Shown piece after piece: positions 1-10,644 of a stretch of DNA of 51,070 nucleotides. The position numbers and the translations under genes were made by a program. Source of the stretch: a virus (taxonomy: Duplodnaviria > Caudoviricetes); the IMG/VR virus record IMGVR_UViG_3300005096_000013, positions 1 through 51,070 of that record. One strand, given 5' to 3'. The notes below the pieces were generated by a model. The model was not told the DNA's origin, ran no database searches, and worked only from the letters and a program-made list of their open reading frames with translations. The stretch's first letter is position 1, and each line of letters begins with the position of its first letter.

Positions 1-875
1 ATCGTCAAAACTCCAGATAATTCTCCACATTTTACCGATTTTTAACCCTGATTTTGCTGTCCGGTCTAATCATTATCTCACCGTAATACTTATCCCCACA
101 ACCACCAGCGCCACCATATACCCAGTCGCCGCCCATACAATCCGAACCGGTTCTTACCTTTTTCCGTCCGTACCTCTATTACTCCGGGCCTCCACGCCCC
201 CGCCGCCAACAACGCAGATGATGAAACCCCCCGGAGAAAATCGTGTTGAGTTGGGGAAACACCTCTCTCGTACCACAAAAGCAAGGCCAAAAATCTCAAT
301 CCGGCGCACACCCCCAAAAAAATAAAAAAGTACAGCCCAAAAACTAAACCCCCCAAATTACCCAAACCCCCACTTTAACATACCCTACCAAATTGCTAGG
401 CGAAAAAAACCCCTCTCACGCCCCAAAAATGGACCTCCTTACAGAAATATCTAGAGAGGTGTACCCCCTACCCCCCCTAGTGTAGCTTGCTAAATTATTA
501 TAAAAGACTATACCAATCCCGGCTCGGCCATACCCATACCCTCTCTAGATAAAGCTGTAACGACCCCCCTTAAAGTACCCAAAAACGCGGATTCGGCCTG
601 TTTGGACCAAATTTTCAACCCCAAAAATCGCCAAAAAAGCGTGCGCCGGATGCAAAAATGACTGTACCAATTTTTAAGTGGCCCGGCTACAACAACTTAC
701 AACCCAAAAAAGAAGCCCGGAGTGAAAAATCTTGGTCAAATTGGTCCAAACCAAGTAATTCTCACTCCGGGCTCCATCCTTTTTCATCTACCGCCTATTT
801 GACGGCTATTTGATTGGACCAAACCCGACGCCCAGCAATAGATTCACTCCGGGCTCCATCATTATGGCATTGGAT
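1..875. other. Non-coding terminal region with A- and C-tracts; candidate origin/packaging region
   Basis: No credible ORF; runs of A and C; interrupted inverted repeat at 439-459/540-560; cluster of the 13-mer motif at its right end. Function is inference. Confidence 0.45.
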
Positions 876-2063
876 TCACTCCGGGCTCCTTAATAAGTTC
901 ATGATTTCCCCCGTTCCGTTGTTCAACCAGTATCGATACCCGTTAGAAATGGGACTCAACTCCGATTTGACCATCTTCAGCAACTCTAAATCTTCCATCC
1001 AACGCTGAAAGGCCGAACTTTTAACTCCTAATGCTTCCTGCAACTGCTTCTTCGTCACCTTGCCGCTTGGTCCATTACCCCCTCTGGCTTCCATCTCGTC
1101 CAAGCAGCCCAATATATGGCTTCGTATGGATGGAATCGAGTCCATCCCTACTTTCACAACCATCCGGACTATATCCTCCGTCACCCGGCTTTGTTCACGA
1201 ACCACCGTCAGGCTCTGCGTGAGGAGCACCAACTGTTTTATCAGCCTCGTAGGTATCTCAGGTTGTGGTAGGTACATCACATCTCTTGTGAACCGTTCCC
1301 GGGAGACCGCTCCCCGGCCCGTGCTGATGAACAGGGCCAACTTTTTTAGTACATCCATTACCTTCTCCGGTATCTTGACTTCCCGAATCTCCAGTTCCAA
1401 GAGTTTGTGGGCAGCCGCCCTCAGTTCCTCTTTCAGATTGCTTTCGTGGTTGCATGCCTCATGAGCTTTCGCCATCCTCAGGAGGATTTCCTCTTGGCTG
1501 GGGTCTGGCATCCGGTAATAGAGAAATCTCTCTCCAAGGTCCGATAACAAGAGTCGATGGTTCTCAATGGCTTTGGTCACTGCGGCAATCAGTCCGAACT
1601 TTGAGGTGTAGGAAATGTCTCGGCCACTTCCGAAGCTGGCACTGATTGTTCCGTCATATGCACTGCGGAGTTGGCCAAGCACCTCCCGGACCTCATCACT
1701 ACGTTTGGATAGCATTTGAGTGAAGTCCTTTATTATCAACACTTTACCGTGCAACTTCGGGGCTAGGCTGGGGTCCTCTTTGCCCTGTGCCAACTCCTCT
1801 GCTGACATCTCCTTACCACTGACCAACGCATGGGAGGTGAGGCTGTCTCGAATATAGACTTCCGGGTGGCCGTCCGTGCTTACTGCTATTTCGGTCTTGC
1901 CCGACGATGGGGGTCCTACAAGAAAAACCCATAAGGGGATGCTGTCGTATCTGTTGGCTAAGATGGTGCCGAAGATGAAGTCGATGTATTCCCAGTTGGA
2001 GGATACTAGCCATTTCTTAGCACACTTCTTGTAGTCATCGAGTCGGGTCATGGGCTGCTCCAC
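876..2063 (-). CDS. AAA+ P-loop ATPase, MCM-like putative replicative helicase with C-terminal winged helix
   Basis: Walker A GPPSSGKT, Walker B-like LIIKD, arginine-finger-like GERFL, HTH-like C-terminus (KKQLQEALGVKSSAFQRWMEDL). Confidence 0.7.
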   Translation of the reverse strand: MEQPMTRLDDYKKCAKKWLVSSNWEYIDFIFGTILANRYDSIPLWVFLVGPPSSGKTEIAVSTDGHPEVYIRDSLTSHALVSGKEMSAEELAQGKEDPSLAPKLHGKVLIIKDFTQMLSKRSDEVREVLGQLRSAYDGTISASFGSGRDISYTSKFGLIAAVTKAIENHRLLLSDLGERFLYYRMPDPSQEEILLRMAKAHEACNHESNLKEELRAAAHKLLELEIREVKIPEKVMDVLKKLALFISTGRGAVSRERFTRDVMYLPQPEIPTRLIKQLVLLTQSLTVVREQSRVTEDIVRMVVKVGMDSIPSIRSHILGCLDEMEARGGNGPSGKVTKKQLQEALGVKSSAFQRWMEDLELLKMVKSELSPISNGYRYWLNNGTGEIMNLLRSPE

Positions 2064-2199
2064 AGATTGAGGAAAGCCCGGCAGGGCAGAGAGGGAGAGG
2101 GTACGGTTGTGGAGTTGCCCCCTCTGTAAGTCCCCGCCGGACAGACCTTTAGCTTCTTTGCAGGAGAGGAATAAATCACTCCGGGCTCCATTTTATGCT

Positions 2200-2254
2200 T
2201 TGATTGTGTAACCGTACCGTCGTATAGTGTAGGGAATTTGGGTTCGGCTGTAAA
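2200..2254. promoter_or_regulatory. Overlapping divergent sigma70-like promoters
   Basis: Plus: TTGATT(2200-2205)-17-TATAGT(2223-2228). Minus: TTTACA(2254-2249)-17-TACACT(2231-2226). Lies between the divergent helicase and morphogenesis genes. Confidence 0.5.
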
Positions 2255-2324
2255 GCATTTTTGTTTTTTTGTTGCGTATTTTCCTCTTGTGTGTTTTAAT
2301 TGTAGTGGGAAATGGAGGTTACAT

Positions 2325-2765
2325 ATGGCTAAACGAGGCCCGGACAGGCTGGAGGAAGCTCTCGCAAAGGGTGCTTCCAAGGATACTTCTATACCTAGAA
2401 TCTTTAGCGCGTTGGGTTCTGAGGCAGAATCCCCCGACCCTCCTATTATAGCACCTACTGTCGGGAAGGGGGCTTTGCCTAAGAGGGCTCATATTGGTGA
2501 TTTAGTCCTTTTGGAATTGCGGGCTGTAGCTACTCTTTTTCGGATGAAACCTTTCCAAGTCAAGAGGTTTCTTCTTTCTCATGATGTCCCCTTGTTGAAG
2601 ATAGGGAAACGGCTCTGGGTCAATGAAAAGACTCTGGAGAAGGCTCTTTCTCTTTTGAGTGATTTAGGGGCTCAAGGTATAGGGGTAGAATACGAAAGGC
2701 AATTGCCTCAGGAGGAGTCCGAAGAAGATAGGAGGTATAAGAAGAAACGGAGGGAGTATTGGTAA
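2325..2765 (+). CDS. Putative DNA-binding protein (excisionase/HTH_17-like)
   Basis: GGAGG RBS before ATG at 2325; segment LELRAVATLFRMKPFQVKRFL...VPLLKIGKRLWV resembles the Xis/MerR-like HTH-wing. Confidence 0.5.
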   Translation: MAKRGPDRLEEALAKGASKDTSIPRIFSALGSEAESPDPPIIAPTVGKGALPKRAHIGDLVLLELRAVATLFRMKPFQVKRFLLSHDVPLLKIGKRLWVNEKTLEKALSLLSDLGAQGIGVEYERQLPQEESEEDRRYKKKRREYW

Positions 2766-3343
2766 AGAAGCAAATAGAAGATACTCAATTGGTAGAAATG
2801 AAGGAGGATGCTGGGGACCTTCTATCTGAGACTGTGGAGGATGTCTTTGCGGGCAGGCCCTTAACTTCTCGTGAGATAAAAGATGTTAAGGGTCTTTTGT
2901 CTTTTCAGAATCCTTTGGCGATTGGGCGGGCTCTCCGGGACCAGGGTTTCAGTTTGGACTTTTTGTTCCGGGAACTCTTTGTCTTGTATTTGGAGAGTGA
3001 GGAAATAGCTCAGAAGTTGAAGATATTGAAAATGATGGGGAGTTGGGCGAAGGATTCGGCGGCAGATTTGGTACGTCAAATGTTGAGTAGGCAATTGGTA
3101 GCTTCAGGTAGCCGTGATGGGGAAGCTCCTCCGGAGGAAGTGCGTGTGTTGGGTACTGGTGATTTGGGGGTGCCGGGAGTTCTAAATAAATTTATGGGTA
3201 CGGAACCTACGGATGACGTAGATTCCGAGGAAGGAAAGGATTCAGATGGGAAAGAAAATGAAGAAGAAAAGAAAGAAGAAGACGTTGGAGACGCCGAAGT
3301 CAGTCTTACCGGAAGTGTCCATTTCCCCCCCGAACATAATTGA
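2759..3343 (+). CDS. Hypothetical protein with acidic C-terminus (possible small terminase position)
   Basis: ORF coupled to the upstream gene, two genes before the large terminase. Confidence 0.55.
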   Translation: MVKKQIEDTQLVEMKEDAGDLLSETVEDVFAGRPLTSREIKDVKGLLSFQNPLAIGRALRDQGFSLDFLFRELFVLYLESEEIAQKLKILKMMGSWAKDSAADLVRQMLSRQLVASGSRDGEAPPEEVRVLGTGDLGVPGVLNKFMGTEPTDDVDSEEGKDSDGKENEEEKKEEDVGDAEVSLTGSVHFPPEHN

Positions 3344-3884
3344 GTCTGACGGTATTGAATTTGTAGATGAGCCTCTACCTGTAGATGATTGTGCTCCTGT
3401 GGGAGAGATTGAGGGGGATGAGGGTATAGAGCATGTAGATGGGGAGGATTTGATTCAGGAAGAAGCCTTGGTTGATGCTCGGAGAGATGAGTTGGATGCC
3501 TCTGAAGTTTCTGGCAAAGCCTTAAGAACTTTCCAAGTGGAGAGGTATGAGGAGGAATTGGCACAGCAGGATATTCCTAAAAAACTTCTGGGCTACATAC
3601 ACATCACAGCGGCGTATTATGTGTTGGGTAAAGTTTTTGGGGCCTCACGGGCGGTTCCTGTTTATACTCTGTGGAATACAGGTTTGAACAGCGACGAGTT
3701 AGCTGCGGCTATGGTTTCTTTGGCACGTCAGCCAAAGTTTTACGTTAACTGGCTTCCTGCTCTCCGTCGTTTTTACCCCGACGGTATCGAAGTTTCACGT
3801 TCGGCGGTTGCTATTCTCCTTCTTCAGTTGGCATGCTTCGAGATTATGAGGAGCCCCGGTGTCAAAGCAGTTTCAGACAAATAA
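3246..3884 (+). CDS. Hypothetical protein
   Basis: 212-aa ORF overlapping both neighbours; start uncertain. Confidence 0.55.
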   Translation: MGKKMKKKRKKKTLETPKSVLPEVSISPPNIIESDGIEFVDEPLPVDDCAPVGEIEGDEGIEHVDGEDLIQEEALVDARRDELDASEVSGKALRTFQVERYEEELAQQDIPKKLLGYIHITAAYYVLGKVFGASRAVPVYTLWNTGLNSDELAAAMVSLARQPKFYVNWLPALRRFYPDGIEVSRSAVAILLLQLACFEIMRSPGVKAVSDK

Positions 3885-5784
3885 TAAATATTTTCCCCTA
3901 CCTGCGGATTATCCACAGTTAACTAAGGAAGGTAAGAGACAAGCTAGGGTGGCGGTTGTCAGTGACTTTCGCACTCCTCAATCAGCGACTTTGGCTTGGT
4001 TCTATTTCCGTAAGTGGTATTTAGCACCTTCTACTTCTTTCCATAAATCTTTTATTGCCAGTCCTCCTTTTCACTACCAGATATGGCATGACTTAGTGGC
4101 TTACGACTACAATGTCTTGGCTGCTCCCCGTGGTTCAGCTAAGAGTACAGTTGTAGGGACCGAGATGCCTTTGATGATTCTTTGTACAAGACCTCATTCA
4201 ACTACAACGCTCTGTTTAGCTACTGATGCAATGGTAAGGGAGCGGTTCGACCTTATCATGGAGCAGATAGCTTCCAACAAATTTATTGAGGCCGACTTTG
4301 GAACTTTGAAGACTGGTAGAAATAAAGGAGTTTGGAGTAATCACTATCTGCGGTTGGCTAATGGAGCGAAACTTAAGGGCTTTGGTGTAGGAGGGAGAAA
4401 GAGAGGGGCTAGGCCGGACCTCTTTATTTTGGATGACCCGGAGTTTGACGCAGCTAGCCCTGAGACTATGGGTAAAATCCGAGGTGAGTTTAGTCAGATG
4501 ATGTTCCAAGTCATTCTTCCTATGCTGGAAGAAGGTTCCAAGTTGTTCTGGATTGGAACTATGATTAACCGCCGGACGCTTATCTATTCGGCTTTCTACG
4601 GAGAGGACCCTCGTTTCAAGTATTGGAACAGGCGTATTCTTGCTGCCGGGGCCCGGAACGGTGATGGATTCACTAAGCTGTTGTGGCCTGAAAAATGGAG
4701 TGAGAAGTTTTTGTTACGGAGGCAGGGGGAGATGGGCTCGGCGGCTTTTTCTGCCGAATACCTTAATGACCCTGTTTCTGAGCAATCTAGATTGTTCTAT
4801 ATTGACCGAACTAAGAACCAATATCTTATCGAAGGTAAGGTTCCCCACTACCCCTTTGACGATACCGAGTCAAAAATTATAGCTTTCAAGTATGGAAAGC
4901 TAAAAGAGGATGGGGGAGAGGTGGTACAAAACGGAGTCCCTCGTAAGTGGGGGTCTATAAGTGTTAACGAGCCTTATGCCCGGTGGCTTAGAAGTCTTTA
5001 CCGTGTCATTCTGGTTGATTATGCAAAATCAGTGACCCCTACTAGTGATTCTAGTGCTGTGATAACTGTAGGTTTTGATGTTGATAACGTTATGTGGGTA
5101 TTGGATGCTTGGGTTGGGAAACAGATAGGCGATGCTCTCATCAATACCATTATGAAGTACGGGTTAAAATGGTTGCCTCATGCAGTGTGCCCTGAAGCTG
5201 TAACGATTCAAAGGCAAATGGCAGAGAATGCAGCGGCGGCTATCTACGGGCAGGCGGGAGCTACGGGCTGGGTACCTAGAGTACTTCCCCCTAAGTACCC
5301 TTCAAATATGCCCAAGGCCGACAGGATTATCTTCGCTCTTGAGCGGCGATTAAGGCGGGGAAACTTGAAGTTGCCTATCAACCCGGAGAACAATGGAGAA
5401 CTCTACGATAATGTCTCCTGTAACTCCCTGCGGATTTTAGAAAATCAGATGCAGGATTTTACCCCCGACTTGGCTCTCCTGCCTCACGACGATGCTATTG
5501 ATTGTCTCTCCATTGCAGGTTTTATCAGTTACCGTCGGGGGGTTCCTTTAGAAGACGATGAGAAAGTAGAGACCGCCAAAGAACTTATCCTAAAGGGTGA
5601 GTTGTATTGGCCGGGGACAGGTCTCCCTCTTATCGACGCAATACCTACTCAACAGCTTACAGAAGAAATACTTGCAATTTTAGAGGAAAGGGTATATAGG
5701 AGACTAAGAATGTCCCAGTTTAATAGAGGAAGGATGCCTACAGCTTTTGACAGGCAACGACATACCCTTATGAGAGGACTCTAG
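3859..5784 (+). CDS. terL: Terminase large subunit
   Basis: Walker A APRGSAKST, RGARPDLFILDDPE (Walker B), IGT coupling motif, RNase H-like nuclease motifs VDYA and HDDAID; GAGGAG RBS before GTG. Confidence 0.92.
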   Translation: MSKQFQTNNKYFPLPADYPQLTKEGKRQARVAVVSDFRTPQSATLAWFYFRKWYLAPSTSFHKSFIASPPFHYQIWHDLVAYDYNVLAAPRGSAKSTVVGTEMPLMILCTRPHSTTTLCLATDAMVRERFDLIMEQIASNKFIEADFGTLKTGRNKGVWSNHYLRLANGAKLKGFGVGGRKRGARPDLFILDDPEFDAASPETMGKIRGEFSQMMFQVILPMLEEGSKLFWIGTMINRRTLIYSAFYGEDPRFKYWNRRILAAGARNGDGFTKLLWPEKWSEKFLLRRQGEMGSAAFSAEYLNDPVSEQSRLFYIDRTKNQYLIEGKVPHYPFDDTESKIIAFKYGKLKEDGGEVVQNGVPRKWGSISVNEPYARWLRSLYRVILVDYAKSVTPTSDSSAVITVGFDVDNVMWVLDAWVGKQIGDALINTIMKYGLKWLPHAVCPEAVTIQRQMAENAAAAIYGQAGATGWVPRVLPPKYPSNMPKADRIIFALERRLRRGNLKLPINPENNGELYDNVSCNSLRILENQMQDFTPDLALLPHDDAIDCLSIAGFISYRRGVPLEDDEKVETAKELILKGELYWPGTGLPLIDAIPTQQLTEEILAILEERVYRRLRMSQFNRGRMPTAFDRQRHTLMRGL

Positions 5785-5786
5785 AG

Positions 5787-6071
5787 ATGGAAAGCATGGT
5801 CATGTATTTGTTTGCTAGTTGGATTTTTACTTCGTTGGTGTTGTGTTTCATCCACTGGAGACTACTTGTCTTGTTTGCACAGATACTACATATTGTATTC
5901 CCTGTCCTTAAACCTGTAAGGAAACCTCCAATTGTGTCTCCTGCGAAGTCTCCTAGCAACATAAAGGATTTGCTGGAAAAAATGCGTCCTGAAGCTATCA
6001 GGCCGATTCATGCAACCCCAAAGAAATCTTCGGAAGCTCCCGAAAAGTTGACTATAAAATATGGTGGTTGA
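5787..6071 (+). CDS. Small membrane protein
   Basis: Hydrophobic N-terminal ~38 aa; sits between terminase and portal. Confidence 0.55.
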   Translation: MESMVMYLFASWIFTSLVLCFIHWRLLVLFAQILHIVFPVLKPVRKPPIVSPAKSPSNIKDLLEKMRPEAIRPIHATPKKSSEAPEKLTIKYGG

Positions 6072-6089
6072 TTCTAGAAAGGGAAGATT

Positions 6090-8066
6090 ATGGCTGTTGA
6101 GCTTAGATTTCCAAAGAAAGAGGACGACCTCGTCGCGACTGTTTCCCGTATGCTCACGGACGGAGAGATTGCCAGGAAAAGAGAAAAGATTAAATGGATT
6201 CTTACTTCCCTGTATCTCCAAGGTACTCGTAATTATGAGAACGTGAATTGGGCTCAAGGGACTGTAACGGTCAACTATACGGGAATGGCAACGGATGAGT
6301 TGAATTTCCGTTATGAGGGGATTCTGGAGGTTTTTCAGACGGAACTGGGGCGGATGAGTCAGTTAGACATAACTCCAGTAGTCAAGAGTAAAGGACAGGG
6401 GTTGGATGACTTACAACATGCCAGCACTGCCCAGATAGTCCTCAACCACCAGATGAGTTCAGAGAGGGTGGAGGACCTTAAACAGCAGGCAATGCCGGTA
6501 TTTCTGAAGACCGGTACGCTTATACTTGGTGTGTTTGACAGTCCGGTGGCTGGTCCTCACGTGGAGTTGATACCTTCTTGGGAACTTTCTTCTATCCCTG
6601 CCTATCCTGTCATGGCCTCACAGGCTGATGGATATATTCGCACGAGATGGTTAACTGAAGAATGGTTGAAGTCCCGGAATTTCAAGATAAGTTCTGGAGA
6701 CAATCTGGAATTTATAGAACTGCCTATAGGTTTGGAGCCTTCAGAGGGTATGACCGGGGCCGGTACTGAAATGCTCAGTTCCTTGAGGGCCAACCAGAGC
6801 AGCCTCAATAAAAAAGAGACCCAAAAATGGTTCAGATTTACAGAGATATGGGAGAGAGATAGAGATACCAATAAATTATTGAGGTACATTGGGGTTGGGG
6901 GCAAAAAGAGATTGATAGATATAGACTATAGCGGGGAGCCTATCCCTATGCCTATCAATATTGCCCACTATATTGACGTGGGTGGTTTCTACGGGCGTGG
7001 GTTGGTGGACCAGAAGATACCCCTAAATAGTGAAATTGAGTTTATGCTCTCCCAGTTGTTCGCCAACGTGGAGAATTTTGACCAGTTTGGCTACCTCTGT
7101 ATATCTTCTCAAATGGGCCTATCCCGTGAGGAAATAATGGAGGCCCGGAGTACTGACAAGGTTTTGATTTACCAGCCTGAAGTGTATGACAGCAACATGC
7201 AGGCCCCCTTCGTCTTACAGCCTAGCAATTCCGGCAAGGCCCCTGTGGATATTGTGAACATAGGTCTGGGGCTTATGCAGGAAGGTTCTTCCCAATCTGC
7301 CCTGTTCCGAGGAGACGCACCGGGGCGGGTGGATAATGCCAGAGGCTTAAGTTTTCTCTACGAGACAGCCAATATACCTCTTTCCAGTCCAACTGAAGCC
7401 TTCTCCTCCTGCATGATTGAGACCTACAAGTCTCTGTTGTGGTTGACTCGCAGCCTGTGGACAGGGGATGAACTGGTAGGCATGACTATGGACGACGACT
7501 TGCTTGTGGGGGTCAAGTATGATGCCCACACTGGGCGGGTAGCCCTGACTCAATCCGCCATTCCCTTACCTGATGAAGTGGATATAAGTATAGGCTCTAA
7601 AACTCCGGTAAGTCCTTCACAGCAGAGGGCTGATTTGATGGACCATTTAGAGAAAGGGCTCATAACTCCCCGTGAATACAGGGTGAAATCAAGGGAATTA
7701 GGGTTGGGCCTACCATTGGGGAATGAGTATGAATGGCAGAGTTACCGCCGGGCTAAATTAGAAAATGTAGTATTGTACGGGAATGGTAAGGTGCCCGGTG
7801 AGGTCGTTTATAGTGATAACGATTTTCATGAGGTGCATCTTGAAGTACTATTACCTTTCATGGCTAGGCCGGAATATTATCTGGCTTCTCCAGAAGTCAG
7901 GGCAGCTTTTGAGGACCACAAGAAGAAACATGAGCAGGGATTGGGGCAGTATCCTGAAGCAATGCCTTATCCCGAAGAAGCAGCAATGGGCGCCATGCCC
8001 GGAGCCGGGATGTCCCCTATGGTTCCTCAAGGGGCACTATCTCAAGGCATGGCTCCTCAAGGTTAA
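6090..8066 (+). CDS. Portal protein (head-tail connector)
   Basis: 658 aa, follows terminase; GFYGRGLV motif, D-x-H-x2-H near the C-terminus and a Pro/Met/Gln-rich tail typical of podovirus portals. Confidence 0.8.
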   Translation: MAVELRFPKKEDDLVATVSRMLTDGEIARKREKIKWILTSLYLQGTRNYENVNWAQGTVTVNYTGMATDELNFRYEGILEVFQTELGRMSQLDITPVVKSKGQGLDDLQHASTAQIVLNHQMSSERVEDLKQQAMPVFLKTGTLILGVFDSPVAGPHVELIPSWELSSIPAYPVMASQADGYIRTRWLTEEWLKSRNFKISSGDNLEFIELPIGLEPSEGMTGAGTEMLSSLRANQSSLNKKETQKWFRFTEIWERDRDTNKLLRYIGVGGKKRLIDIDYSGEPIPMPINIAHYIDVGGFYGRGLVDQKIPLNSEIEFMLSQLFANVENFDQFGYLCISSQMGLSREEIMEARSTDKVLIYQPEVYDSNMQAPFVLQPSNSGKAPVDIVNIGLGLMQEGSSQSALFRGDAPGRVDNARGLSFLYETANIPLSSPTEAFSSCMIETYKSLLWLTRSLWTGDELVGMTMDDDLLVGVKYDAHTGRVALTQSAIPLPDEVDISIGSKTPVSPSQQRADLMDHLEKGLITPREYRVKSRELGLGLPLGNEYEWQSYRRAKLENVVLYGNGKVPGEVVYSDNDFHEVHLEVLLPFMARPEYYLASPEVRAAFEDHKKKHEQGLGQYPEAMPYPEEAAMGAMPGAGMSPMVPQGALSQGMAPQG

Positions 8067-8092
8067 GCAATTTCTTTTAAGGAGACCGAAGA

Positions 8093-8977
8093 ATGGACGG
8101 ACAAATACCAGAAACTACTGGCAATCTAAACCCGGAGGAACCCAACGTAACTCCAGAAGCGGTAAAGATTAAGGTAAATAAAGTTGAGAAAGAATTACCA
8201 CTCCCTGAAGTAGTAAAGTTGGCGGAAAAGGCAGCGGGGGCTGATGAAAAATTCAGAGAGGCGGCGGCTCTCCGGGAGAAGGCCAGCCAAGCTCTCGATA
8301 TTGTGGAGACGGTCAAGAAACTTCAGACCAATTTTGCCCAAGCTACGGAAGAAGAAATCAATAAATATTGTGACTTCTTTCAAATACCCGAAAAGGAGAG
8401 ACTCGAAATGCTTTATGGACCCAAGACCCCTCAAGAGCCTCAGGTTCCCACCACTCCGGGCTCCTCTGAAGTCCCTACTCCTCCTACGCCTGTAACTAAA
8501 GACCAATTGGACCCACAGTTACAGAAGGCGGTGGATGCTGCGATGGAGTTGAAGGTTCAAGAGGAGGAAAGGAAATTTACGAATAACGTAGAAAAAATGC
8601 TTGACTCCTCGGAGGAGATTGGTAAGATAGTTAAAGGATTGAGTAGTGAAGGTAAGAAAGATGTGTTTTCTTCCTTGCACGCTCAAGTTCGGAACGAGGT
8701 TATTGCCCGAATGCAGGCAGGGCAGCAGTATGGCGACTTAATGGTGAAGGAAGCCGTGGAGAATGCGGTCAAACATGTCACGAGTTTAGGTCGTCATCTG
8801 GAGGAGACCCGTAAATCTGAAGGTGTACAGCCTCCGGGATTCGGGGCGGCTCCTAACTCGCTGGGGCTTGCGTTCAAAGGTGATAAACCGCCAGAACGAG
8901 TTGCCGGTAAGGACCCCAATTACACGGAGAATTTCATTCAGAGATTAGCCTACAAGGTTATGCACTCCGGAAAGTAA
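8093..8977 (+). CDS. Putative capsid scaffolding protein
   Basis: Between portal and capsid; KIKVNKVEKELPLPEV motif, helical charged sequence; AAGGAG RBS. Confidence 0.7.
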   Translation: MDGQIPETTGNLNPEEPNVTPEAVKIKVNKVEKELPLPEVVKLAEKAAGADEKFREAAALREKASQALDIVETVKKLQTNFAQATEEEINKYCDFFQIPEKERLEMLYGPKTPQEPQVPTTPGSSEVPTPPTPVTKDQLDPQLQKAVDAAMELKVQEEERKFTNNVEKMLDSSEEIGKIVKGLSSEGKKDVFSSLHAQVRNEVIARMQAGQQYGDLMVKEAVENAVKHVTSLGRHLEETRKSEGVQPPGFGAAPNSLGLAFKGDKPPERVAGKDPNYTENFIQRLAYKVMHSGK

Positions 8978-9089
8978 TTGCTGGTTCAAAGACTCCTTAC
9001 CCAAGCGATGAGGGATGTAGTTCTAAATCGTTTTAGGGTAATAAGTTACAGTAGCACCTGTCTAGGTGCGTATGGTAGGAGTCTATAAA

Positions 9090-10631
9090 ATGGCAGCTTC
9101 AGATATTCTCGATTCTCTAAGTAATCAAATCCGTGAGGAACTCCCTTCTCTTATGTTGGAGTCCCTTCCCGCCGTGGACCCGGTTTACACCAGTGTTGTC
9201 CGGACCAGCCAACAGGTTGTCCGGGACGAAATTGGTAGGGGTTGGAAGGTGATGCACCGGTTCCGTACTTCCTTGTCTGGGATGTATGAGCCGATGGCCA
9301 CTACTGGTGGTACGCCTTATACCAATACGAACCAGTCCATTTCTTACAACACAACCTTAGGTTTCCCTGATGCGAAAAAGACACCCCACATGGGCAACAT
9401 CATCCGGGAAATCACTCTGAATGCCCACCGGGGTAACTTCGGAGTACCTCTTTTCCTCTTGAAAGCGGAGTCCCTTCAGTCTGTAGCCTTCAACGACCTC
9501 GTAGATGACCTGAAAGGTCTAGCTGAACTTCGGGCTCAGATGGAAGCCTTGAGTTTCTATATGCCCTCGGCGAAATACATCGCACTTCTTGAATCTTCAG
9601 GGGCTACGGCTGTAGAGACTACGAAGATTCGGGTGAGCGTTTCCAGTACTCGAATCCGGTGGTTCAAAGAAGGTATGATGGTGGACATCTATGATGATGC
9701 TTCAGGTACTACCCTTATTAACCAGACCACTGCCGGAGCCATTGTAGTTTTGGTGGACGCTGTGGACCGCTTGAATGGTACTATCACCTTAGCTAACCCT
9801 TCTGGAGTTGATTTGAATACAGGAGGCGGGGGCTCTACTTCAGTCTTGGCTGGTAGTGCTGTTGGTGCCGCCGACCAGTACATCTTCCCGCGAAATGCCA
9901 TAGACGGTTCGACCATCTACAGGATAGGTCATTACGGTTTGGATGACTGGATTAAGTCGTCAGGTACTTTGTTTGGTGACGCCGTAGTCTGGAACAAGAC
10001 TTCCGGGACAACTACGGCAGCCTTCGATTTGGCTACGTATCCCCAGTTCAAATCTTTGGTGACGGCCTATGGTTCAAGTACGCCCCTGACGGAACTCATC
10101 CTCACTCAGAAGCTCGGTGCATTCTTGGACGCTTACGATGGGTCGGTGGATACTATTATCACTACCCGTGGTGTGGTCCAGAAGTACTTGGAACAGGCTT
10201 ACTTGGGTGCTTCTAACGGAAGTCGAATGAACTTCGACAGGACCGGGAAAGCTACTGACTTGGTGGGTGGCTGGACTAAAGCATCCTACGAGTATGAGGG
10301 CCAGACCTATGAACTGAAGATGAGTCCTTACTGCCAGACTGGAACCCTGTACGGTATCAAGATGGGCGATGGGAACATCAAGAGGTTTGTACCTCCGGGT
10401 GCCCAAGGCGTCGGCGGTATCGGCAGTCCTGGTACGGGTATGGGTATGGACGGTGAGATTGAATTCATTGCTCCTATGGGAGGTTCTGGTTCTATCTTCC
10501 GTCTCATCAGCGACACCAGTACGGGCGGTGCCACCAATCAGGTTGAAGCTCCTTTCCAACAGTACAGCCAAGTAGCTCCTGTTGACGTGAGGGGTCTCAA
10601 GTTGAGTAACCTTACCGAGTCTATCGGATAA
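9090..10631 (+). CDS. Major capsid protein
   Basis: Position after scaffold, AGGAG RBS before ATG 9090, followed by a terminator; size and composition fit an HK97-fold capsid with an insertion. Confidence 0.8.
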   Translation: MAASDILDSLSNQIREELPSLMLESLPAVDPVYTSVVRTSQQVVRDEIGRGWKVMHRFRTSLSGMYEPMATTGGTPYTNTNQSISYNTTLGFPDAKKTPHMGNIIREITLNAHRGNFGVPLFLLKAESLQSVAFNDLVDDLKGLAELRAQMEALSFYMPSAKYIALLESSGATAVETTKIRVSVSSTRIRWFKEGMMVDIYDDASGTTLINQTTAGAIVVLVDAVDRLNGTITLANPSGVDLNTGGGGSTSVLAGSAVGAADQYIFPRNAIDGSTIYRIGHYGLDDWIKSSGTLFGDAVVWNKTSGTTTAAFDLATYPQFKSLVTAYGSSTPLTELILTQKLGAFLDAYDGSVDTIITTRGVVQKYLEQAYLGASNGSRMNFDRTGKATDLVGGWTKASYEYEGQTYELKMSPYCQTGTLYGIKMGDGNIKRFVPPGAQGVGGIGSPGTGMGMDGEIEFIAPMGGSGSIFRLISDTSTGGATNQVEAPFQQYSQVAPVDVRGLKLSNLTESIG

Positions 10632-10644
10632 GGAAGTATTTTTC

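Noticed and set aside
90-365. 91-aa minus-strand ORF in the terminal region
   Set aside because: Low-complexity product of A/C tracts; no RBS or motif.
763-889. Three close 13-mer copies as a CRISPR array
   Set aside because: Repeat too short, spacing irregular, and the same motif is dispersed genome-wide.
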